Notes: a model not told the origin generated them from the letters alone. 59,274 nucleotides of DNA, filler included, from Dugesia japonica (GCA_001938525.1; 5 parts of 5 records of this genome joined end to end with filler, not necessarily neighbours in it), one strand, 5' to 3'; shown: positions 13,600 through 27,799, counted from the first letter of the whole stretch. Made by a program: numbers and translations.

Positions 13600-14140
13600 T
13601 CAATCTAATAAAATATGATTAAAATAAATTTTAAAGTGAATTTGAGTATTAAGAATCGGATTATGCAACACAATTCTAAAAGCATTGCATATAAATCTTT
13701 GAAAATAATTATCAAAACTGTTGTTCAAAACTGTAAACTCATCGATACTTATTTTGACGTTTCTTTTTTTGCAGCAACATGAATGATCTAAAACCAAACT
13801 TTCTCTACACAATTGCATATGCTCACAAACAAGTGTGCAAAGATGACATTTTGTCTCTTCAATGTACGTTGCATCACACTTGTTACAATTAAATAGATAA
13901 ACCTGATTAGCAAGCAAAGCTTTTGGTGTACTAGATTTGTTGCTTAAATACTGGTAGTTTTTTTGAAATGAAAATGAATCTAAATTATCATTAAAATATT
14001 TCATTAAATAACATTTTAATGATTTAGCTCATTCCAAGAATGGTTGTTTTAAAATTATTTTTTCTCGATTATTGTTAATGTTTCCCTCTTGGTTATGTTT
14101 AGATATTAAGCACAGTTTTTTTTTACAATACTATGTATAT
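13600..14140 (-). mobile_element. Penelope-like retroelement fragment (GIY-YIG endonuclease)
   Basis: QVYLFNCNKCDATYIEETKCHLCTLVCEH...SLVLDH matches the PLE pattern VY.F.C..C.A.YIG.T.R.L..R..EH; degenerate. Confidence 0.75.
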
Positions 14141-14285
14141 TATTATAAATCGTGTTTTGGTTATATAAGTTAGCTCAAAAACTACTTATTTATCTGATAA
14201 GACTATCATCAGTAATCTTAAACCTTGAAGATACACCACATTCTATGAACTAAACCTTTTATTAATACATTTTGACATTATTCAG

Positions 14286-15862
14286 TAGGTAGATAGGTCA
14301 GCACTGGGCCACCTCCCCTCACGATAAGACATTTCACTAGCCTAGAATTTTGGTATGGGTTATCGTTAATTTATTGATTGGTGATTTTTGATCGAATAAA
14401 TTTTTAAAATTTTTTTTAATTAATGGAAGAATTTGGTTAAACTTTTGTGTTTATTTTTCTAGAAATTTTTAAATATTTTTTTAAAAGTTATTATGGGTAT
14501 TGTGGGTATTAGGGTTGGGTTGTTTTGTGTGTGGTTTGGTCAAAGTTGGTTAATTATTTGCTCACAAGGGTATTTTACATGTGAATTTAGTCAATTCTTT
14601 CCTATGTATTGGTTAGTTTGTGTAATTTTTCGGCGATTCGGTCAATTATTTACTCGTGAATGGTTAATTCGGTTCATTTTTGAGCGATTTGGCTCAAAGT
14701 TTTTTCAGGATTGGTAGGTTTGGGTAATTTTTTGAAAATTTAGTCAATTATTTTTTCGGGAAAAAATAGAATTTGTTTAAATTTTCAAGATTATAAAATT
14801 ATTTAAAACCTTTGTGATAAATTGGTGAAATTAGGTCATTTTTGTTTTAATTTTTATATTTTTTAAATATTTTTAATCAAAATTTTATGAGAATCCAAAA
14901 GAACATCTGAAATTTCGAAAATTTTTGAAAAATTTTTTTTGTCGAGATTTTTACATCAATCGATATAGAATTCGATGGATAAAAATTTTTCGAAAAAATT
15001 ATTTCTCATCTTTAAATTAAATAATCATGTCTATTAGACGGAGAAATTTTCGATGATCCCAAATATATAAATCTAAAATCGCATAAGTATATCCGGAATG
15101 AAATATTCAAGGTTTGAATTTTGGTGCTTAATTTTCTTTGCGTACTTAACTCGTATGGTTTTAAATTTGGTATTATTTTACTTTGGAGAAAAAAGTGACT
15201 GTACAAAGTTAAAATATCATCTCGGTCAAAATGCTTCATAACGAAGATATACAGCTATCATTCTGGATTTCATAACTTTTTCAAAAAAAATATAATCAGT
15301 TGAAATTTTTCAAATTTAATTACTTTGAAAAAAGTTAAAATTGTTATTTCGCAATAATTAATTAAAAATAAAAGTATTTCAAATTTAATTAAAACCAGTC
15401 TATTCGATAGAAAATTTTACACTGCATACAAATATATTAACCTAAAATCACCAAAACGTATAAATAAAAAGTTATATTGAAAAACAAGTACTTAAATTTT
15501 CAAAAAATGTCTTAAAGGTTTGTGTAATTTTTCAACGATAATTAAAATATTCATGTAAATTTCAGAAAAAATATTTTGTCTTTTTGTAAATTTGATAATA
15601 CTATCTCACTCTTTCTTGTCATCANNNNNNNNNNNNNNNNNNNNNNNNNNNNNNNNNNNNNNNNNNNNTTAATTAATTAANNNNNNNNNNNNNNNNNNNN
15701 NNNNNNNNNNNNNNNNNNNNNNNNGGTTTTTATAACAGTTACGTAATCACGCCTAAAATTTTCCACCAGGAAACATATGTGTGACCAATCAAATTCTATA
15801 CCAAAAAAAATTTCTAACGGGGGGAGGGGATGATATAGTACAGTACGGACCTATCTGCCTAA
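14286..15862. mobile_element. Putative non-autonomous DNA transposon ends (TAGG(T/C)AGATAGGTC termini)
   Basis: taggtagataggtcagcactg at 14286 resembles the reverse complement of cagtacggacctatctgccta at 15841-15861. The two ends are diverged and lie on either side of an artificial spacer, so they may belong to different copies. Confidence 0.4.
15625..15724. other. Artificial assembly spacer (44N-TTAATTAATTAA-44N)
   Basis: Identical 100-nt structure with stops in all six frames, repeated four times in the window. Confidence 0.95.
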
Positions 15863-16706
15863 TAGTTAATGATTTTTTTAGATAAGTTGATCTTAATGCT
15901 GCTTATACCATTGTTAGTAATGCTACTATAAAACCGCCTTCATTCATTCCTAACTTTTCTCATCAATTTCCTACTTTTTGTAATTACAAGGGTTAATAAC
16001 AATATTTATAATAATTTCAAGTAAATCATCAATAACAAAGGTTGGAATAAATTTTGAGTAATGAATTAATGAGATGAGATTAATTAAATTAATTATAATT
16101 AAATATTTTATGTTATGTAATTGTATGTTTGTGTGTGTACATAAAAAACTGATGTATTGGACTGTTTGATGATATATTTCGAAGTAACTGGTGGTTTCAA
16201 GATAACGGATATTTGAATGATAAAAGAGATTTTTGGAATCGACAAGACAGATTAAAGAAAATGAATGCCATAAATTCAGATCCAGATCCTATGGCAGATC
16301 CTATGAATATTCAGTATATTTTTCGACTTAATTCAAAGACATTCAAGTTTGCCATATTTTCGGATTTCTTGATAGAAATTTATTTTATTTTTTATANNNN
16401 NNNNNNNNNNNNNATTTTTTCAAGACAAGAATTGTTAGTAGCACATTTTATTACTCAACATTCAATTCATTGCATTACTGTAATTTATGAAAAACAGAAA
16501 ATCTAGAAATTTTAGTATTTAACATAATTTGTGTTAAAAAATCAAAAATTTTATTTTAATTCTGTATAAGTAAAGGTAATTGTCAAATAGAAATTTGAAT
16601 AAAATTCATTGTTTAAAGATAAAAGAAAAACGATAATTATAATTATTAAATGTTATTCTTAATTTTCAAATTTAAATTTGAATTGTTAATATTATTAGTA
16701 AATATA

Positions 16707-17279
16707 ATGCTGCAAGCAATCAAAGTTTTTAAAAGATTCAACGTAAAAGAAATCAGGAAATTTTCAAAATTTCAAGCTAAAATTGTCAGTAATTTTTATC
16801 CTGAAGTACAGAAACATTTCAATGAAATTAAGAAATCTCCAGCACCTTACAAAATAATAGGAGGATTATCAGTAATACCATTTATTCTACCAGTATTCCA
16901 AAATTTCATTTCTTTAACATCGAATCCTTTAATATTATCAAGTCAAACTTTATATGCAGCTTGTGTTTTAGCCTACTTTGGAGGATATAAAGGTGGGTTT
17001 GATAACCAAAGTAATAAAATTACAAATATGACAGTAGTATCCTCAGTTATACCCGTTTTATTTGCTTGGTTCTGTATTTCACAGGGACCAACAATTAGTT
17101 CAATTTTAATAATGTGTGGTCTCGCAGGATTACATTATTCAGATGTAAACATGAATTATCAAGATTGGTACATTTCATTACGTTTTGGAATAATTTATAT
17201 TGGAATTTTATCAATGATTTTGAGTTTACTTTTTAGTTTAATTTTCCCAATACCAAAAAAAACAAGTTGTAATATGTAA
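16707..17279 (+). CDS. TMEM69: Transmembrane protein 69 (DUF3429 family), intronless
   Basis: SPAP...GGLSVIPF, Q..YAACVLAYFGG, SVIP.LFAW, WY..LRF motifs; basic mitochondrial-targeting-like N-terminus from the Met at 16707. Confidence 0.75.
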   Translation: MLQAIKVFKRFNVKEIRKFSKFQAKIVSNFYPEVQKHFNEIKKSPAPYKIIGGLSVIPFILPVFQNFISLTSNPLILSSQTLYAACVLAYFGGYKGGFDNQSNKITNMTVVSSVIPVLFAWFCISQGPTISSILIMCGLAGLHYSDVNMNYQDWYISLRFGIIYIGILSMILSLLFSLIFPIPKKTSCNM

Positions 17280-17371
17280 AACAAACATTTATTTCAAAGT
17301 ATAAAAATCATTTAAGTTAACAGATAAATAATTTTAATATTAATAAATTTAATATTATTTATTCCATATTT

Positions 17372-17967
17372 ATTTATTCAGAAGTTTAACTCTCCCTAAA
17401 TAACCATATAGAGCGAATCGAATCAAGTCCACAGAATCATTTGAACATTTAAAATTAGAAATTTTCTGAAGAATTTTAATTTTTTTAAAAATTGTTATCA
17501 ATTTACTTGTATCAAATTTTGTCGATTAAAATAAGATAAAAAAGTCATTTGAAGAAATTGGTAGTTCTTGACAAAATTAATATAACAATATTAATATAAA
17601 TTAAACTAAACTTTAATAGCGCCTTTTTGAAATTGGATGTCATCATTAAGTTTTAATTCCTTTTTTGCCTGTAAAATATTCCTGAAACAAATAAAATAAT
17701 TTATCAATTTTAAATTTTTTACAATTTGTCAAATTTTATTTTTAGTGCTTCGCATTCTTCTGCTTTTGATTCATATTTTTCCTGTAATAATTTATTCTTC
17801 GAACTTAATTTAAATAAATTTTAAAATATGCCATTTACATTTCTTACTTTATATTTTCAAATTTAATTTGATTTTCATTTTTTTCATGACGTAATTCCAT
17901 AATTTGGGACTTCAAGCGATTTATTTCCGCAACAGATTCTTCAGAACTTTCAAAGGCTTTCTTATCT
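17372..17967 (-). CDS. 3' exons of a coiled-coil protein with degenerate C-terminal IQ-like motifs
   Basis: Five short exons with GT donors read manually: DKKAFESSEESVAEINRLKSQIMELRHEKNENQIKFENIK / SKNKLLQEKYESKAEECEALKIKFDKL / NILQAKKELKLNDDIQFQKGAIK / NYQFLQMTFLSYFNRQNLIQ / KISNFKCSNDSVDLIRFALYGYLGRVKLLNK*. Convergent with TMEM69. Upstream exons may lie at ~23630-23965. Confidence 0.5.
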
Positions 17968-20055
17968 TAAAAATTAAAGATAGGTAGGTAAACACGAGAA
18001 TACGATACTCAACATATAAATATAAAATTTATTCCAAAAATTTTGTAATTTTGACTTAGATTAAGTTATTAACAATTATAAAATTTAATATGAATTCAAT
18101 GATTGACTTGTGAGGTGTATGCAGTAGATAGATACATGTTGTCTAAATAAACTGAGGGTTTTCAGCCCTGAAATTTGAGAACTTTGGCACATATATCTGC
18201 TCAGAAAATAGTGAGAAGTTAACTACAGATCAATTTTGTGACCTTCAAATATTATTATTGGTGCTCCCGATCCTCAGTCAGACTAATGCAAGAAAATACA
18301 ATTATCAAACAATACTTAATCAAAAATACAGTATTTCGAATATAAGTTAATATACAGGATGAAAATGAAATATTATCTCAAAATCCCGTAAAACCGGAAG
18401 TTCTGGGAAAGTACAGTGTTTCCGATGTAATCAATACTAGTCAGTAAATTTGTATAAACAGTTCTTAAACAATCGATAAAGAAATTACTCCAAAAGAAAG
18501 AAATATAAAATTACCCAATAACACATCTCAATTATACAACTTTTTTATGTAAGTTCATTGAAAAATGAAATGAAAATTATGCATTTTATGTGTATTTCAA
18601 TTTAAATATAAAAATCAAGAAGGAATGCCGTGTGTAAATTATTTTGAATGTGGGTTTATGGATTGAATTAATTAATTTTTATAAAACAGACATAGATTAG
18701 ACATAGTGTCCTATATGGTCGATGAGGAAACGGAAGTGTAATTGCATGTGCGACTTACCGATATTGTCCGTGAAACTAAAATCGATGTGTATATCAGCGT
18801 ATCTTAATAAATATAATTGTCGTGTTAAATTTAATTTGATTGAAATTTGATAAATATTCAACAATCACCACAGCGAATTAAGTTTCTTTTAACAATTAAA
18901 TGATAATTAAACTGATCTAATACGAAATTACAGCTAGTTGTGTATGAGAGCAAGATGGTTAATTTGAAGTTCCTTTATCATAAAAATCTATTTTACTATA
19001 TTAAATGAACTAAATAGATGATTAGAATTTGTTTCACGTTTAGAATCACATCAAATATAGTGAAGTTAAACCGTCCATCCAGAGAGGAACTTCTAACAGA
19101 ACAGATGACCAGTCGAGCATAAATAAAAAAGTTAAGTAGGGAGTGTAAGGAGCAAAGGGACGAAAACGTCGCATGGAGAAAAATGAAATCGGGTTTACAA
19201 GAAAGAGTGAGTGTGAGTCGAAAGAGATAACTCACTCATCAGCAACAACCGCATGATGGCGGAAATTATAAAGACCTACACTGATCGAGAAGCCGCCGTA
19301 TTGGAAAATGTGCGCATTATCAAGAAGGAATACAATGGAATTAAAAATGGAAATCAGGAATGCGTGAACACAGAGGAGACAATATTCAGAATACCCTAAT
19401 ACTTGGGTGTTAATAAATGTGATCGTTGTAATTGAATTTAATTCTTACGTGAGAGAACAGGCTATTTAGTTTCGGTCATCAGTCAAAAATTTGGTTCTTA
19501 TGTTAGTAACTTTTAAAAATCATATGTAATGAGATATAATTAACAAATCAGTAATTTTACGAAATATTACCGCCCACACAGCTGTTTAGTTGGTCATATT
19601 GTCATAGTAAATGTAATAAATATTTAAATAGTTATTTCTAACCTTCCTTTAGAAAAGCAGCTATCATACAGACGTATAATTTTTATCATTTTAATAGTTT
19701 AGGAAAATGAATAAATTTTCCATTATGTAGCTGTTATTAATTTAGATAGATTATTAAATTTAAAATTCAAAGAGACGGGAATATTTTCCAATTGTATAAA
19801 AGCACATTCTACAAGAATTGTGGAATCAAAGTCCAAATTCGAAAAGGAATTCTACAAATTAATAAATAATGTGCTTCATAGCAAGACCGTTAAGAATTTG
19901 AAGAAGCGAAAAAATCTCTGAGTCGAAATTTGTTACTTACATCAGCAAAATTATATTCAAATTATATTATAGTTGAATACCATAATTGATTTAGTATTTT
20001 AACGTTTAAATTCTGAAATGTTAATGAGCGTCATCGATAACTTCTGCACATACAT

Positions 20056-20086
<31 letters not shown>

Positions 20087-20494
20087 ACTTGGCACGTTTG
20101 TATGTATGTGAATTTGTCTGTAATGTTCAAGTTATAAAGATAAATATAAATAATTTTAAAAGTAAAAACAAAATTATTTCAATGGTAATAATAGAAACTT
20201 TAGTGAAACTATTTCAAATTCGCAATTTTTGAAAATAAATTTAAAAACCAACCAAAATTTAGAAAATAATTTAAAACAATTATAAAAGTGAAAATCAAAT
20301 TTTGATTTTTAAGTTCAATAATAATGAAAAAATATTTCATTTCTGTATTAGTAAAAATCGAGAAAAATTTCGAAATTAAAAAAAAATATGTTGGAACCAA
20401 TTTAAATTACATAAAAAGTTAAACAACCAACCAAATTGCAAAAAACTAAGAAATAATCAAGAAATCAAATAAATATAATTTCTTACATATATAT

Positions 20495-22580
20495 CAGAGA
20501 TGGCGAACCTATATGTCAGAGGTGATACGCGAACTCATTTTGGGTGACCAACATCAACAGAGACAAAAAATTGCAGAATTTAAATATCTGTCTCTCGCAA
20601 CAGCCAGAGTTGGACATGACTCGAGTAATATTATTACTCACGTGACTCATGATCAAAAATGCAATTCTAAAACCAGATGCAAGTATGTATATCGGCGTTG
20701 CGTAGAAAAGATACATTGTGAAAAAATACAAGATACATTGTTCCATTATTGACAATAATATTGAAAGGTTAAGAATTGTGTAAAGAGATTAATCTGTACT
20801 CATGGGACTTTATAAAAGTCAATCAAATTCTATCATTAAATTTGTAAGATGCTATACAAATGTAACATCAGTAAGTTACTGTATTGCTCACTAAATAGCT
20901 CATCATGGAAAAGCTTTCACTGAAGGAGTATTTATTAAAGAAACATCTCGTAGACGTGTACTAGCTCTATTTCACAATACGAAAAATAAAGATTATATTA
21001 TTAAATGAATTTGAGTTACTGAGTTACCACTCAGTAGAAATACTATCAAAAATAGAATAATAGATCTTAACAAAAACTTACAACACCAATGAAAAAAAGA
21101 CTTTAATAGTTGTAGATATTTTTTGATTTCTCTTGATGAAACTTCTGGTGTAACACCAAATGCTCGATTGACCATTATTGCTAGATATTATGATGATATC
21201 ACAATGAGAGACGAATTGAAAAATTTAGAATCAGTGCAAATAAGTACATCATGAAATGAATTATGTAAGGTTGTTATAAAAACATTCAGTGACCTAAACA
21301 TTGATATCTCTAAAATTGTGCCAGTCACAACAGATAGGGCAACAAATATGATGAGGAAAATGTTGATTCCTGAAATTATTTATGGAGGCTAATAGACATC
21401 CACTTGTACTTTATCATTGCATTATCCATCAGAGAATTTTGTGTGCAAATCAAGATTCTCAGAATTGAAAATTTTAATGCCAATTTTAACAAATTGTGAA
21501 TTTTTTAGCTGCTCGACCCCATTACAAGCGAAAGTTTTCTGCCCTTTTACATTAAGGTGATTTAACCTACAGTGGACTATTGATTATCAATAATGTAAAA
21601 TGGTTGAGTCAAGGTGAAGTACTTGTGCGAATTGTGGAGTAATTTGAAGTAATTTCGATATTTATTGAGAATAAGGATCTGGTAAACTTTCTTCAGATCA
21701 ATGATCATATTTTGAGCAATTTGATATTTCTTACAACCTCTCTGTTTATATGAATGAACTGAACATAAAATTATTAAGCGAGATATTGAAACTAAAACTG
21801 GTAAAAATATATTTCGAGAAGACCATTGCAGTGTAAATGAGTTCATACTTTGTACCAGATGAGTTTAGTTATAGTAAACTCATTATTTGATCAGTTCAGC
21901 AAAATATTCAACCAATTTAGGAGCTTAGAACAGACCATTAAAATAATTAAGTATCTGGATGTAGTTGTTTGCAGTACTTTGTAATTAAAGGATTTCCAAT
22001 AGATGCAAAGTGATGATTTATATTTTTAAGACAGCATTTGGACTCATATTTTTGTTGATTTAAAGTTAAAACTTAAAAACTGGAACGAAATCGTTTGAAT
22101 AATGCAACTACGAACAAGAAATCTTGAGTTCTTTGAATAGATTACCGGGTACTTTTGGTGACATAAATCTTGCTTTACAAACAATTTTGTATTACCATAT
22201 TTTTGTGAAACTTCGTTCTCAGTATTAAATGATATTAAAACGAAAAGAAACCGATTAACATATGAAGTTAGTAGCGCTTGCTTTACATTGAAGTGGAGCA
22301 AGTATGAACCTGCAATCGAAGAATTAGCGGGCAAATTTCATCAATTTTAAATAGTTTTCGTACCATTTTGATTACCATTACTATTTTTGTTCATTTTATA
22401 CATATTTTTTGGTTGATTTTCTTTTGTTAAATAAATAAATATAAAAAATATAAATCTTTTTCTTACTATGGTTGCAAATATCAAAAATTGTGAATAATTC
22501 TATATGTGATACGGTACCAAAGTTACGTTAGAATTTTTCAAAATTTTGGCACACCGAGCTCAATAAGTTCGCCATCACTG
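20495..22580 (+). mobile_element. Decayed hAT (Charlie/Buster group, GTF2IRD2-like transposase) DNA transposon with both TIRs
   Basis: Left TIR CAGAGATGGCGAACCT (20495); right end AAGTTCGCCATCACTG (22565-22580). Transposase remnants: HGKAFTEGVFIKE, LPLSRNTIKNRI, ISLDETS, VTTDRATNM, HCIIHQ, KWLSQGEVLVR, YFCETSFSVL..IK..RNRLT. Many stops and frameshifts; 8-bp flanks atatatat/gtctatgt match only partly. Confidence 0.9.
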
Positions 22581-23965
22581 GTCTATGTGAACGCTCGAGT
22601 CCAGTAACGCTCGAGTTATAACGATTAAAATAAATTATTAGATTGCATACAAGATGTAAAAGTATAAAATTAAAGTTTAAATGACAGTTAATTTCCATGC
22701 AAATTGTAATTTGTGTAAAAAATTAATGTAATTAAATTTTTGAAGATATAACAGAGTAAAAATGCTTTCGTGACAAAAAAAACTAATTTAATTTAAAAGT
22801 TGGCATTTATTTTTATAAAAATAAGTATTTAAGTTTTGAATCGAATTATGAAAAAATATGAAAGTGTAACTGTAAAAATTATTTTAAATTAAACATATCT
22901 TTGAGGAAAAAAGAAACTGCAACTTATAAAAATTGAAAACCAAAGAATTAAGCAACTTAATTAAATATCAAAGTGCATTTCTCAAGCATCTGCATTGGTA
23001 GTGATTAATGCAGAAAATTAACTCTTCTGTCGAATAGTATGAATAACGTGAATATTCAAAGAATAGTTTGATATATATAAAATTCCACCCCATGAAGATA
23101 ATTATGAAAACCAATTTTCAAATATAAGCAATGAAAAAATACTACGGAATATACGTGAAAAGAATGATAGGCTACAAGAAAAAATTGATATTACAAATAA
23201 AATAGATAATCGATATTTATGTTAATTTATTATAGAAATTACATGAAAGAAGTTACAAACTAAAAATGAAATCTTTAATGGCTAAAGAATTATAAGGAGG
23301 GGTATGTGAGATGAGATTATTTAAATTAATTACAATTAAATATTTAATGTTATGTATTTGATATGTTTGCGTGCATGTAATTGATATACTTGATTCTATA
23401 TAAATACATGTCATTTTTGTATAATACACATTTTCATTATCAGCTATTATTCTGTTCGCATTTATATGTAACATACTGCATTTATCTTGCAATATTAAAA
23501 TGAAATATAAAAATGAACTTTTGATATCATTCGTTATCCAAACTGTATCAAATTTGCTATCATTAGATTGACAATGAGATGACACATATACATAGCATGC
23601 CATCAAATCAATTTGACAAATAACTGACAGGATATACAACTTCAAATGAAACAAGATGTCCTTGGACAGACTTTAAGGAAACTTTACTACTTTTAGTAAC
23701 AAATGTTATGTGATTATCACGGCATTTGTTACGTTTATCAAGTGTTTTTGATTCCCTAGCCCCTTTTGTAAAATTACTTCCAATATTAATAAAGGAGTAA
23801 AACTTGATTTATAATAACTTATAAACTGTATAAAATAAAAATCTAAAATAAATAAATGTAACCCGCATAATTAGATTCCATTTTCTTCAATTCACTTTGC
23901 AATAATTTATTTTTCTCTTTTGTTAAAATTTTATTCTCAAATAAAAGCTGTTTATTTTTTTTCAG

Positions 23966-24065
23966 NNNNNNNNNNNNNNNNNNNNNNNNNNNNNNNNNNN
24001 NNNNNNNNNTTAATTAATTAANNNNNNNNNNNNNNNNNNNNNNNNNNNNNNNNNNNNNNNNNNNN
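23966..24065. other. Artificial assembly spacer (44N-TTAATTAATTAA-44N)
   Basis: Same 100-nt structure. Confidence 0.95.
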
Positions 24066-25299
24066 TTATAACAAACATTTTCCATCCGACTAACATTAAT
24101 ATTTAACATACAAATTAAAACTAAAATCATTACTTTTCACGGTGCGTTTATTGATTCAAGCAGCAATTAAGGTAATCGATGGAGGAGGTTTCTGCAACNA
24201 GTCTGAAGATTTTTCCGGAGAGTAGGATCTGCTGACACGGGTTTAGTTCGATAATGGTGGAAATTTCGTTTTTCTTCTTTATTCTTTATTTCTAAAAAAT
24301 GAAGTTGATACCCACAGTTAATATTTGTTTTGGACCTTACCAATGGAGTTTATTGCTTCGCACACGATTCTTCTGTAATAAATCTCGTCGTACCAATTTC
24401 GTTAAAATAATTTTATGCGTGGTTTCACGATTTTATAAAGTAAAAATTTGATGATGATTTATTGTAAAACTGGAGGTCCTTTTATAGGATTTTCCGGACA
24501 CCCCAGCTCGTTGTGGATTTGCCGATATTTTTAGAACGGCTCTGTTTCGATTTTATTGGTGCTAGCACCAATTTTTAGAAAATTTCTNNNNNNNNNNNNN
24601 NNNNNNNNNNNNNNNNNNNNNNNNNNNNNNNNNNNNNNNNNNNNNNNNNNNNNNNTTTTATTTTCTGGCCGCTGATTGGTCAGATCTTGTAATCCCTATC
24701 ATACCCCTCTGGAAGGTGGTACGTTTTTTTCTTTTTAAGGTCCTAGTTGCACTGGACTAATTTCTTCGCGATTTTTCTTGCTAGAATATTTTCCGACGTT
24801 CGGAGCCTGAGTTATCTGTAAAAAACAGATTTTCGTCTAATTTTCGTTTATTTTTTGTTTAAAATTAATTAATTTTTCTNNNNNNNNNNNNNNNNNNNNN
24901 NNNNNNNNNNNNNNNNNNNNNNNNNNNNNNNNNNNNNNNNNNNNNNNNNNNNNNNNNNNNNNNNNNNNNNNNNNNNNNNNNNNNNNNNNNNNNNNNNNNN
25001 NNNNNNNNNNNNNNNNNNNNNNNNNNNNNNNNNNNNNNNNNNNNNNNNNNNNNNNNNNNNNNNNGATCTATTTTCTACTTTAGTGGGTGTTCCACCCCAA
25101 CAATATATAAAATTTCAATTTAGTATTCTTGCTTGCCGTGTATAGTTACAAGTTGCAACACGCATAAAATAAACATTGAATATTTTTTTGTAAAACATTG
25201 TGACGAATATACATATTTCACATTATTCTTGCACCCATTGTGAGTGGTTTGTGATTGAATATTTTTTTTCATTATTATAAAGGCAAAAAAAATTTTAAT

Positions 25300-26087
25300 A
25301 TTTTTTAGTTATAAGTTTTTACCCTGAAAACATAATACCAAAATTTCTTGGAGATATAACAAATATATGCAAAGATATATCCGATATCAGTGAAGTTGAC
25401 TGTAAATCAATCAAGATATTTCAGAGGTTCAGTTTGAGAAAGAGAAAGTCTATGTATCCTTAGACAGCGATAGTGAAGAAGATAACATACTCAAGGTATA
25501 TATATATATTCCAATGAGAGTGAAGATCAGCAAATTGAAATTGCTTATGATGAAATTATTTGGAATAAAATCAAATCTGGATCATCTCTTTATGGAGGAG
25601 ACCAAAATATACCATTTTCAAAGGAAAAATGCAAAACGAAGCATTATAAAGGGTGTTATAAGTAGTGCTTTCTCATTAGTAATTAATCGTCAAATTATAA
25701 AACATATCATAACCTACACAAAACAAGAAGCTTTCCGAGTTACTGGTGAAAAATGGGATTTATCAGAAGAAAGATTCAATGCTTTTCTGACAATTTTATT
25801 TGCGCGTGGCGCATCTGAAGCCAAGAACTTGAAATTATCTTATTTATGTAAAAATTGTCGTAAATAAAATGAAACCTTAATACAAAATGAATGATACTAC
25901 TCTTTATGTTATGTAATTACAATATTTGAATGAAATATATTTTATTTTCTTTAAAATTAAATTATCTTATGAATTTATAGTTTTATTTCTTGAATTCTAC
26001 TATTTTGTTTAATTAAACAAACAAACCGGTCGTTGTGACCGGTTGTTAGAAATGGCATATGATCAATCTTCGTGGTTTTAGTGTTAA
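25300..26087 (+). mobile_element. Internally deleted piggyBac transposon
   Basis: Acidic N-terminal remnant, then AFSLVINRQIIKHIITYTKQEAFRVTGEKWDLSEERFNAFLTILFARGA (PGBD/DDE_Tnp_1_7 N-terminal region) joined directly to LCKNCRK* (end of the Cys-rich domain). Right end ...tttagtg followed by TTAA at 26084-26087. Confidence 0.7.
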
Positions 26088-27799
26088 AAAGTAAAATTTA
26101 ATTTCAAATTCAAAAAAACTAACAAACAACATCACTAAATAATAAGAAAGAAGAAAGAAATGGGGAAAAGAACAAGTATGGTTTTGATTTGATTAGAAAC
26201 ACATTGGAAGCTTTATTCGCAAAACTTAGCAGAGATATTGAAAAAAATGAACCAGTTTTTATTGATTTCAAAGAACACGATGAAAACACATATGATGATG
26301 AATCGAAATTCATTATCCAAATGGAGATCAAATTATATAAGAAGTCTATAAATACTACTGGGATCATCGGGAAAATCAAAAACATAGAAAAAAGACCTAA
26401 TTTGAATGTTATAGAACTTTAATTCTTGTTTTTATGTCTTTTAAATAAAACTTTTATATATAAATGTCTTATTTATTGTAGTAATTTTTTTTAAATGTTT
26501 CTGAAGTAAATGTTTTTTTTTAATTTTAAACAATGAACATTTTTATAATTATATACAATTTGTTTTAATTAATCAACAACTTTTAAATAAATAAATCATA
26601 ATTGTAAAACTTTAAACAAAGAAAACATTAAATGAAGTTTAAAAAAAAATTTATAAAAAACTCATTTTAAAATAACATAAATAAAAACACAAAATGAAAT
26701 TTTTAAAATTTATAAAAAAAATACAAAATTTAAAAATTTTATTTATAATATAATATAATAATTGGGGGAAATAATTCAAAATTTCTTATACATCAAAATT
26801 GCAATTAAATTATTAAAAAAAACTTTAAAAAACACTAATATATGAAAATTATATGAAAACACAACTAAAAAATTAAACATTCAAAAAAATTTTTCAATTT
26901 AATTTAAAAAAATTTCTGTAAAATTTTGAAGAGCTAATTTAAAAATAAGATTAAAATTCATAACAAAAATAAACCAATAAAAATCTAAAGAATTGAGTAA
27001 CAAAGGTNNNNNNNNNNNNNNNNNNNNNNNNNNNNNNNNNNNNNNNNNNNNNNNNNNNNNNNNNNNNNNNNNNNNNNNNNNNNNNNNNNNNNNNNNNNNN
27101 NNNNNNNNNNNNNNNNNNNNNNNNNNNNNNNNNNNNNNNNAATCTTAGGTAATTTATTTTAGTTATTTTTTATTTTAGCTGGTTAAATATTTTTTTAGTA
27201 ATATAATTTTTTTTAATTGATTTTGATTTCACTATTTGTTATTTATTAAAAAGTAAAATTTAAATTCAAATTCAAAAAAAAATAACAAACAACTTCACTA
27301 AATAATACATTTATTTAGAAAAAAGTCAATAATCACCAATAACAATAATAACTGTCATATTTTTGCATTTCCTCATTGTGGTTGTCCATTGGTAAAACCA
27401 AATTGAAATGAACACATCCTAAACAATAAGGTCTACAAACATCTGATTCATGAATTGCTCAATTACAGATTGAGGCAACATAGTTGTTATTATAGTTGTT
27501 AAAGATAATTATAAATTAAAAAATACAAACCCCTTTTTTTNNNNNNNNNNNNNNNNNCTCTGTTTTTCATTTCTAAAATTAAAATTTGATTCTTCTTCGA
27601 TTATTCTAATATCTATTTCTTTTTCTTCCTTTTTGAAAAGTCATATATTGTGGAGAAAATTCTGGTAAATCCTTTTTCATTTCATTGGAATTGTTGATTT
27701 ATTATTCAAATTATTTCAAAGAAATATAATAATGAAATACAATATATTATATGCATAATATAGAACCACAACGTAATATATTTAATTATTAAAATTTAA

